This document shows, one piece after another, positions 26,501-36,043 of a stretch of DNA of 64,000 nucleotides (position 1 is the stretch's first letter; each line of letters starts with the position of its first letter). This DNA comes from Antedon mediterranea (lineage: Eukaryota > Animalia > Echinodermata), in contig NC_092677.1 of assembly GCF_964355755.1 (NCBI RefSeq), forward strand, positions 14,282,101-14,346,100, written 5' to 3'. The notes below the pieces were generated by a model. It was given only the letters and a program-made list of their open reading frames with translations, did no database searches and had not been told where the DNA came from. Made by a program: the position numbers and the translations under genes.

Positions 26501-26836
26501 AAACTGGTAAAATAACATCAATCGTTAAAAAGGGATCTGGAAGCCTAGATCCGGACAGCACAACAGATATGATACAGGTGGGTACTTGTTTTGGTCTTGC
26601 ATTGGTCCAGTTGTGTAATGGTTACGAGTTAAATATTGCTTGGAAAAGTAAAGCAAATCAACACTGTTGATTCGCCTAGTGGAAAGATTTTAGAGAAACT
26701 GACTGAACTTTTATCGATTTTATTTTGTTAGTGTGGAAAACGTGTTGCAGACTTGCTGCATACAAAACTTAGAAATATCTTGTTGGAGATTGAAAAGTCT
26801 GGCGACAATGTAGAGAAGGTTGGTTTCTTAGCATAA
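23580..26836 (+). CDS. EXOSC7: Exosome complex component RRP42, 292 aa
   Basis: Exons 23580-23636, 24079-24512, 25386-25509, 26419-26577, 26732-26836 (879 nt). Sequence MASISLSEAEKTFIIHGIQDDLRSDGR..FFVDCSATASPKFDGRGGE..CWVLYIDVVVLECGGNLFDAVSLGIKAAL..KVGFLA. Confidence 0.96.
25113..25249. mobile_element. hAT-type MITE
   Basis: CAGTGGCA...TGCCACTG termini with a perfect 8-bp TSD CACACCAC (25105-25112 and 25250-25257). Confidence 0.8.
25588..25876 (-). mobile_element. tRNA-derived SINE
   Basis: The minus strand begins GAGTGAGTGGCCGAGCGGTT (A box) ... GGGGTTCGAGGCTC (B box), followed by a non-tRNA body. A partial copy of the body lies at ~55021-55150 in the opposite orientation. Confidence 0.8.
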
Positions 26837-28262
26837 CAGATTGTTCGATTGCACCAAATTGTCTGTGAAGTTGTTTGCAATGAGGAATGGACTGTAGCAG
26901 ATCAAGTGATGATAGGATATATTGCTGAGAAGAATTGATTTGATTGCAGGTCAAAATATGCATAATATCTCAAATCTTGCTTATGCAACAAACAAACAAT
27001 GTCAGAGAACACTATGTATAAGTACAATAAAAACGTTTATTAATCAACAGTTGACTGTACATTAAAGCCAATACAGTTGGTTTAAATACTAATTGGAAGA
27101 CAATATCACTACATTAAAATAAAACCTTATACAGTACAATTCCTCATGATTATCTTGACATATATAACAGTATTAAAAAATGAAATCAAAATGCTTAATA
27201 CAATTTTACCAAACATTAAATTACTAGGGTGGGTGTAAAAGCAGGGCATGCCAACTGATAAAAACCAGGTAATTGTACACCAACGAGGGTACTTTCACTT
27301 TAATTTAATCCATCATACACCCATCCATGAATCATAAGTGTCATGTAATTTATATAAATGATTAAACACTAACGTGAACAAGGTTAATATATGGCCTAAC
27401 CACCCTAAACAAACAATCTTAAAAACCCTGGATGTTTTATTACGTCATATCTAGCCTAATGTCTGCATGAATGACATTAAACAAAAATTAAATTACTGTA
27501 AAAAGTAAAAAGACACACTGTAAATAATACATGCATGGGTAAAACTTAGCATTGGATAAAACATTATTTTTTAGCATTTCTTTTACTTACAAAATGGTAA
27601 AATACTTTTTTCTTAGGTCTTAAATGTTTGATTCAAAATTTAAAAAAATATACTGTATTAAGTGTTATTTTATGGCTTATTATTTTGTTATAATTTGGAC
27701 CTAACATTTTGGATTTAGGAGATTGTTATCAATTAATTTTTATATATTTTCTTTCTTTTTAAAAAAATATTCAGCTTTGAAATAGTTCAGTCCACTTCAC
27801 TTATTGTTTCCGATTGGTTTTATGCAAATTCAAAAAAGTTCAAAGATATTGAATATTTACATATTTTTCCAACTAGTTTAATAATTATATTAATACTGTT
27901 TAATGTTCCTGAGTCAAGTAGTTTAGTAGGCTGCCTACTTCAATCTAAGCACTATTACAATTTTTCATTTTTGTGGGCCTTTTTTTTTGGACCATGTTAA
28001 AGTTATTAGCAGTTATTAAAATAAATACTATATAATTGTGTTTACTCTTTCAAAAATGTTAGTTTACTGGAGTAACTGAAGTCAGAGTGATTTTGACATG
28101 ATCTCTTAAGCTATGTATACACTATCAAACTAGTTTGACAAAAAGTGATGTGCCCAAATACGTTAGAGATATGACATCATCGTGTCCATATATGGGCACA
28201 TCACTTTTTTTTTTACATACAGTTTGATAGTGTAGACAGAGCTTCACCCAACAATTATGTGT

Positions 28263-31200
28263 TCATTTCTGAAATGTTATTTGATGCTCATCACTAACCT
28301 TATATGGTAATGACAGAAAAACAATAACAAATATCATGATCAAGCAAAATACATAAAAGAAAGACTTCACAGGGCACGTCTTTGTATTCGAACATACCTG
28401 CAAAAAAAAGACAAACTCTATAACTAATTATGTACCATTAACTAAACTCCGGTTTTTCACGATCTCCAACGTGCCAATTTACTTTTACTTGAAATGCGTG
28501 TGGTGCATGTGAAAGACCTGTTTAATATGTTGCTATATTGTTAGTATTTTTATGACATTTTAGAACCACTGCAGTACTGCTTGATTAAATAACCAATACA
28601 TAAACGAAAGTAAACACATTTTTATGTAAAATTGCAAAGAATGGCCAAAACGTAGATTTTTATTTGAAAAAACATCACCTGAATTCAAAATCATATTCCT
28701 CTTGTTCCTGGTATGTTTTAAAACAATTATTATTTGTTTACACTAAAATAAATATACAGTATAATACAGTACCTTTGATGTACCTCTGTGATACTTTGAT
28801 GATGTCATTTGTGAAAGCTCTTCTGATTGTGGCATTGACGTCTGTACATTCTCACTCATCTTCCGCAACCTCACTGACCGTCTGGTTAACGGCGTGGGTC
28901 TTATTTCTGTTTCAGTGCTTTTTGCCGTTACTGCAGTTATTGTTTTTTCCTTTTTATTAAATGTCTTCTTATTGACTGTTTTCAATAGTTCTGTTTTCCC
29001 CTTTTTTTTTTTTTTTTCCCTTTTGGCATAAAATGTTTGAATGGCCTCCTGACAGTCTGTAAGATACTCCTCTGGTTCCCATGAGTCATTGCTGTGGTCA
29101 TAGTTTTTCCATTGAATAAGGTATTTCTTTCCTTTTTTTGTAACCCTAACATCTAAAACTGAATCAACCTAATAAAAGAAAGAATTTTTTTTACAGTTAA
29201 TTTTAGCCTATTCAGTACTGGGACAGATCCACATTTTGAGGAAGGGGTGTTCATGGGGGAATCCGGACCCTGAATATTATATAATAAGGCGCCCTTTTAT
29301 TATTAATAATTAGGCCTTACTAGAGGTAGGCTAGGCCTGTATTTCTAGTATGGTTGGCCTAATATAAAAAAAATATAAGGCCTATACAGTAGTACTACTA
29401 GCCTAGGGCTAGTAGGGCTAGCAATCAGGTGCCGTTTTCGGGCCAGTTTAACCTGTATGGACTATACCATTATAAAAAAGATGAGAAAATAGGGGTGTCC
29501 CATTCATTGGTGTGCTAATTTGTTAAAATATGCTGCTTTTGTTCAAGCTTCTATCTTTTGTTTGTGTCCCAAACAAAGGTAAAACAACTGCGCCCTGCAC
29601 TTTTAATTTATTGATTTATATACTGTATACAGAAAGTATATAAAGAAATTGATTTTTATCCCAGTTACAAATACAAAATATAATACCAGTATTTACTAGT
29701 CATAAAATAAGTGACACACTTAAAACCAAAAGAAATGAAACCCAGAATCATTATTAATTCACAATGCGTTGTGTACAAATTTCAATGTGGTTTACTATGT
29801 GATACAAAGTATGTCTGTTACACTTGCCGACACCTTTACAAACGCATTAATGAACATTATTTATTATTATTAAAAGTATTATAGGCGATCACCTAAAACA
29901 ACATGGCATAACCATGGAGTTATAAAATTAGATTAATTTTATAATATATTTTACTAATACTAGATATCTCAGAATACTTTAAATGTAACAATAAGTTTGA
30001 CAATTGCCTTATTAAGGAGATGCTGTGGATCAAAGAGTTAAAACCTACACTCAATAAACAATCGTATTCCATCTTGAAGCTAAATTGTTTATCTAACTCA
30101 GTAGGAGGAGCTAATTACTTTCATTAGCCCTCAGTAGCATTTCCTAGCACCAACTTTGGTGCTTAGTGCACATAATTAATAACATTTTGTATTTACTTGA
30201 TCTTGAAAATGGTTCTATGATGGTACCGAAACGCCGATCTCTCTTTTTGTCAATAAATTTTATATTGAAACTAATCAATAACAATACAATACATTCACTA
30301 AAACAAATCATTTTCAATTTTTTAATAATACAGTGAGATAGCAATATTTGCTATTATGATAGACAATTTTAGATGTGTTTTACATATATTGAAATTGAAA
30401 TGGTTTATGATTTTTAAAACTGTGAACAGCATTGTTTAAAAAAAATAAAATGTGTATGTACGGACTTGTCACGATAAATATGGTCCGGGGACAAAATCGG
30501 TCCGGCCGGACCAGTTTTGGCTCTAAAATTGTGGCCAAAAGCAGTCCGCCACTGCCAAAATCGGTCCGGGCTTTTCTTCTGTCGATTTTAATTGAATTAC
30601 TAGGCCTATGATGCTGTTTTAAGTTGTTTATGGCTAGAAAAATATCCCATGATATTAGTAAGTTATCTTGTCGGATAAATACTATAAATAAATGTATTTT
30701 ATCTAAAAACATGACTTAGGTGTTCACTCATATTTCGGCCTGCCACACACTCACACGAACGGGTATGAGACGCTGATATTGCCAGCTAGATTTTATTTAT
30801 GATTGAGGCCTTTTTCCTTCCTCAGCCTAATCAATATTGGATAATTGTTTTATAATAATTGTATTGAATTGATATATTGATTGATTAACCATAAATAATT
30901 AATAAATTAAATTGTTTTTAACATCATGGGGAAACGAAGATGTTAAAAAAGAACAAAATGGATTAAAAACAGGCAGAGATACATATTGTATACAAAAAGA
31001 CTAACAATTACAGTAGTACTAATTATTGATGAGTTACTACTAATAATGATAATAAAAAAAACAGGCTTAATTTATAATATTAAAATAACAAATAAAACCC
31101 CATAGTTTTCAATAAATGACTAATCATGGCCTTTTTTTAATGATATATACATTATGACTCATTTTGCACACCATATATTTGTTAGACCGGACCATATTTG

Positions 31201-33756
31201 GCGGCCAAAAACAGTCCTACTGCCCGGACCGATTTTATCCAGGCCGGACCAGTTTTGGCGGCCAAAATTGGTCCGGCCGGACAGGTTTTGGCAGCCATAA
31301 ATGGTCCCCCGGACTGATTTTGGCAGCCAAAACTGGTCCGCCGGACCGATTTTGGCCCGGACTGATTTTGGTGTGACAGACTTATATCGTCGCCGTTTCG
31401 ATATGTACAACTGGTTCTTTATAAAACCACTCTCTTATCTCTATAGTTAAAAGATAAAAACAGAAAATAAAACATACATTGATTTCTGGCAATTTTCTGA
31501 TTCTAAAATGGCCCCAGTTTAATCAAAGTATTCATGAAAAAGGAGCTGTTTTGAAAGGCATTTTTATTGTGATAATATTAAAGATGTATTGTCCCTTTGA
31601 CTAATTCAACAAATTTTTTTTTTATATTTCGAAAAAAAGTGGGTCATTTTGAATTGAAGTATCATAATAGTTATTAACTTTCACCAAAAATTAATTTAAC
31701 CAAAATACAGACGTTTTTTTTAGAATTTAGAATATTTTTTTTTTCATTTGTTGTGTTGGCGCTACTGCAGTTTCGCACCACACTGTTATATCTTCGATTT
31801 CTTGCTTCATTTTTTTCTCGCACTCACATCATACAATTTTGGGCCATTATGTAACATGTTCCCATGATTTAGCCACCGTTATATTACCTTTATCACAATA
31901 AAAAATGCCTTTCAAAACAGCTCCTTTTTTCGCGAAAACTTCGATTGAACTGTGGCCATTTTAGATTCAGAAAATTGCCAGAAATCAATGTATGTTTTAT
32001 TTTCTGTTTTTATTTTTAAACTGCAAAGAGTGGTTTTATAAAGAACCAGCTGTACATATCAAAACGGTGACGATATGAGTCCGTACATAAAACATTGATA
32101 GGAACCATTAATATAAATAATAATAGTAATAAGTAATAATTAAATATTAATTTAACCTTTATTTCGCCAGCTGAAAACATTTCTTGCTTTTCAAAACTAA
32201 ATAGGGTAGGCCTATATGTGTAATCGGATTTTATAACACTGCCCTCTATAGTTTCTACAATTTTTGGGGTAAAATGAAGCATAAATTCTGGCAATTCAGT
32301 GATAAATATAAGATGGCGAACATTTCGCAGTGTGTTGACAGCGAGTTCAGTATTGTTTAAAATGTTTTGAAAAGTATTGTTATTTAAAAAAAATTACTTC
32401 GTAAGTGGTCGAATCGTATAAACATGTTACATAATACGCCGTACATAATATTATGTTGTGAGTGTAAAAAACGAAAGTTTAGGTGAGAAATCGAAGATAT
32501 AACGGTGTGATGCGAAACTGCAGTAGCGCCGTTGTGTTTTAATAAGGGACAATACATCTTTAATAAAAGGTAATTTAACGGTGGCTAAATCATGTGAACA
32601 ATACATGTTACATAATGGCCAAAACAAAATTGATTGATGTGGGTGTGAGAACAGATTTAGGCCTAGGCTAGTAGGTCCTACTAGGCTTTAGGTAGCTAGC
32701 CTAGCTAGCCTAGCCTACTACTAGCCTAGCTAGGCTAGCCTATAATAATAATGTTATGCGCGATTTGAACGATTTGCGCAATTTGAAATTGCGCAAAAAA
32801 ATCCTTGCGCAATTTGAAATTGCGCAAAGAATTCTTGCGCAATTTAAAATTGCGCAAGGATTTTTTTGCGCAATTTCAAATTGCGCAATCAACTTGCGCA
32901 ATTTCAAATTGCGCAAGAAAATCTTTGCGCAATTTTAAATTGCGCTGCACAATTTGTCAATTGCGCAAGATAGTTCTTGCGCAATATGACACCTTTGCGC
33001 AATTTGAAAACGAACTGTAAATTTTCCCATACATGGCTAGGCTAGGCCTAGGCAGAGGAGTTTAAAATTTAGTATTTTATTATATAAATAAGACCATTTC
33101 AATGAAGATAATGTTTAAAACTCACTTTTTAAGTTTTTAATATTAGTTTAAGCTAGGCCATGTAACCTAGTCAGTATCAGTAGTCCAGACCCTAGCTAGG
33201 CTAGAGTAGTATAGACGGCCGCCCGCGCCGCGCCCGCCTGGTGGAACACCACCGCTTCGTTTCCCTTCGTCGGTTCTTCGACGGTATGCTAACTTATAAC
33301 AATATTTGCAGTACTAAAATAAGGAAATGCGATATTTATCTTTAAGTTTGAATCATTCTTAGAAATTACTATAAAAATATGGGTGTGCATGATTTCACAA
33401 TCTGTCGAAAAACCTTGCGCAATTTGCAGATTACTTGCGCAATTTAATACGTTGCTTGCGCAATTTGAAACACATGTTTCAATTCAAATTGCGCAAGGAT
33501 TTTTTTTGCGCAATTTCAAATTGCGCAAATCGTTCAAATCGCGCATAACAATAATACTTTAATATTAATATAGAGGGGGCCTAGAGAAGAGAGTCCGTGT
33601 TTGTTGGTTAGAGGCATACCTACATAATAGCATAGGCTTAGCCTACTGGCTAGTACAGTACTACATTATTATTATTTATCTAACAACCCCTAAATATGTC
33701 ATATTTTACAAGCCTAGGCCTAACCGCTAATAATTTACCTCGTAAATGCCATCCAT
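28263..33756 (-). CDS. 182-aa CDYL/CDY-type chromodomain protein with basic linker and C-terminal transmembrane helix
   Basis: Exons 33756-33739 (MDGIYE, GAG|GTAAAT), 29168-28773 (132 codons) and 28397-28263; all phase 0. Chromodomain YEVDSVLDVRVTKKGKKYLIQWKNYDHSNDSWEPEEYLTDCQEAIQTF; tail SFFYVFCLIMIFVIVFLSLPYKVSDEHQITFQK*. The chromodomain is certain; exon 3 is inferred from its acceptor and frame. Confidence 0.8.
30467..31378. mobile_element. Non-autonomous DNA transposon with TGT...ACA ends and 4-bp TSD (Ginger-like), copy 1
   Basis: Termini TGTCAC...GTGACA, TSD GACT (30463-30466 and 31379-31382), subterminal GGTCCG/CGGACC arrays; near-identical to 56100-58325 in inverted orientation. Confidence 0.85.
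31578..32563. mobile_element. TTAA-flanked MITE (Kolobok-like) nested in an inverted copy of its own family
   Basis: TTAAAGATGTATTGTCCCTT ... AAGGGACAATACATCTTTAA termini. The flanks (~30450-30466, 31383-31577, 32564-32650) reconstitute the reverse complement of internal 31820-32095. Confidence 0.7.
32752..33550. mobile_element. Foldback element with TTGCGCAA arrays, TGT...ACA ends and 4-bp TSD (Ginger-like)
   Basis: TGTTATGCGCGATTTGAACGATTTGCGCAATTTGAAATTGCGCAA and its exact reverse complement ending at 33550; TSD ATAA; about 20 TTGCGCAA octamers. Confidence 0.85.
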
Positions 33757-34477
33757 TTTTTCCAATTTCCCTCCTCTTCTTTTTCGTGTTTTTTTTTCGC
33801 GCGCATACACGACGTCGTCACACACCCGAGGGCTAGAGAGAGGGCGTATGATATTATAAGTGAAACGACTGGATAAAAGGCTAGTTGTTATTGATGATTG
33901 CCAAGTGATAAAGTTGTTTTTAGCTAAAATAACGCGAAAATGTTTTAAAACCATGTATTTTGGTTCCTAATATATTGATTATACATACTAAATAGACAAC
34001 ATGGGCTAGTAAAATACATAAGGTATGTATATATAAATTAACCTCTGTTATAAAAGAACATATTTTAGTGTGATTTGTAGACTAGACTCTCTACTACTAC
34101 CTACTAAATAGGGCTCCCCTATAGGCTAGCTGGCTAGAGAGTAGGTAGGGCCTAGCTAGTAGCCTACCTAGATAGTATAGAGGAGGAGGCTAGACTCTAG
34201 ATTAGGCCGGCCTACTTTCACCTAGAGGCCTACTAGCTTGACCTACTACTACTATTAGGCTACATCTGTCCTGTCTCTACTACACACCAGACAGGGCAAT
34301 TTTTAGGCCTAACCTTATAGGCTATAGTAGTAATACAAAATATCTCTACTGCCAGATATTTATTTTACTCTCTACTACTAGCCAAATCAACTGTTTTTAT
34401 TTTTTAAAATTTATTTTAGAAAATTGTCTGTGGAATGCCATCGGATCATTTTTGAATTTATAAACTTTAACAAATGG

Positions 34478-36043
34478 ATGGGTTTGTCTGATAACAAAAC
34501 AAATAAAAATATGTATAACAAAAAATGTAGCTTCAGTGCAACACCTTTACCATGGGAACAAGAAAATTGTCCGGAAGATGCTAGTGAAGAGCGCAGTGTT
34601 ATCAATACGCTATTAAAATTTAGTGAAAATGAGGAGTACTTTCATCAGATTATCAATTGCCAAGAATGGGCAGAAGCAGTGAATGGATGGAAGGCAACTG
34701 TGCCTAATCCTAAGTATATAACTCTTTCTTCTACACCACAAGAAGAGAAATCAAACAAACGACAGGATAAAGAGAATAAAAAAGAAAGACAAAACCACAG
34801 AAAGGGTCTTAATCACGAATTATTATGGCGAAACAAGATTGAGCCTGGGACGTATCGGTATAATCCACGCTATAATCCAGATTATGCGTGGAAGTTTAAG
34901 GGACACAATACAACAAGAATGTATACCAACATCCAAAAACGAGCAACTGATCCGCAATTGGTAGAACATATCGAAAGAGTTCGCGAACATCTTGAAAAAA
35001 CACTCATGAAGAAAGATTCCAGCCAAGTAACAAAAGATGTAAATAAAGGAGAAACACTGCAGTTTAATAAAACCAATATTCAAGATTTTATATCACAATT
35101 GTCGGAACACAACCAGAAGATTTCTGATCACATGCCTGTGCGAGTCTCACAAAGTCTAACAGATTTGAAGGGTTTAAATGATAAATCATTAGTTTTGCAA
35201 CAGACAAAAATACAACCACTACAGGATGCCCAGCCTTGCCATTTGAACTCCGACAAAGTTGCAAAGGCAGGCGGCGATTTTAACTCAAAACTTGAAGAAC
35301 CACAGTTACCGTTTGTCACAGTCATATCAAAGAAACAAATGGATATAAATCGTGACGGTGTGGGGGATAATAATAAAGTTGTATCTGTGAATCCTCTAAC
35401 TTGCGACATTCAAGAAAAAAAGGACAATGTTGTTAAAAGAATAAAGAAAACTCCAGAGAGACATAGCGCTGATAACCTGCCTACAGCAAATCTAGCTTGT
35501 AGGAGTTTTGAAAAATTTCCAGCCTACACAATACCACAGCAAGATTTAAATCCATTGAAAAAACTCACTCCATCTATGAGAAGAGTTTCGGATAATAATG
35601 AAATTATTATGGTTCATTTAAACGGCAGCCGATTTGACTCTTCTCCGTCATCGGCGCCCCCAGCATTGTCAACTGCAGTTGAACGCACACCTGTTAGTAA
35701 AGAGTCTTCGCAGCAGTATTTCACTACAGTAGATGCTCCAAATAAAAATTTCATACACTCAGGAATAAGCGGTAAGTCTGTGTCGCCAGGAAATCTACGA
35801 AAATTGAAAGGTACATCTTCTAGGTTGGTTACAAAAGATACAAAGCCATCTAGAAAAACACCGACAACTCCTCACAGACTTGCTAGTCTTGGTAAGCCCA
35901 GCGACTATGCAGCAAATTCTCTTCATTCCCTGCACAGAGGTGCCTTTGAAAGAGACGCAGCGACTGCCATAGCATCCGAGATTCTTCCAGGAATAAGTGG
36001 TCGTAAGGTCGGTGTTCCCGTATTAAGCCATCGTGTTTTGTAA
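34478..36043 (+). CDS. C16orf46: C16orf46-like uncharacterised protein, ~521 aa, single coding exon
   Basis: CPEDASEERSVINTLLKFSE...EWAEAVNGWKATVP and C-terminal ILPGISGRKVGVPVLSHRVL resemble my recall of the human C16orf46 N-terminal (CPDGKSEKNHVYCLL..GWEEAVQGWGRTSP) and C-terminal (..VIIPVSTHRIL) blocks. Tail-to-tail with ATMIN. Acceptor at 34419 and an upstream non-coding donor at 34022. Confidence 0.7.
   Translation: MGLSDNKTNKNMYNKKCSFSATPLPWEQENCPEDASEERSVINTLLKFSENEEYFHQIINCQEWAEAVNGWKATVPNPKYITLSSTPQEEKSNKRQDKENKKERQNHRKGLNHELLWRNKIEPGTYRYNPRYNPDYAWKFKGHNTTRMYTNIQKRATDPQLVEHIERVREHLEKTLMKKDSSQVTKDVNKGETLQFNKTNIQDFISQLSEHNQKISDHMPVRVSQSLTDLKGLNDKSLVLQQTKIQPLQDAQPCHLNSDKVAKAGGDFNSKLEEPQLPFVTVISKKQMDINRDGVGDNNKVVSVNPLTCDIQEKKDNVVKRIKKTPERHSADNLPTANLACRSFEKFPAYTIPQQDLNPLKKLTPSMRRVSDNNEIIMVHLNGSRFDSSPSSAPPALSTAVERTPVSKESSQQYFTTVDAPNKNFIHSGISGKSVSPGNLRKLKGTSSRLVTKDTKPSRKTPTTPHRLASLGKPSDYAANSLHSLHRGAFERDAATAIASEILPGISGRKVGVPVLSHRVL

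Noticed and set aside
31159-31410. ORFs with GRT.FG/GP repeats (also 30380-30712 and 55947-56177)
   Set aside because: Subterminal repeats of the Ginger-like element; no transposase motifs.
32756-33020. ORFs MRDLNDLRNLKLRK... and MRNLKLRK...
   Set aside because: Translations of the TTGCGCAA arrays in a transposon arm.
33727-33954. 75-aa ORF as an extended N-terminus of the chromodomain protein
   Set aside because: The upstream part overlaps the divergent promoter and 5' exon of the neighbouring gene; the ATG at 33756 has AAAATGG context and gives a CDYL-like start. The longer start is not formally excluded.
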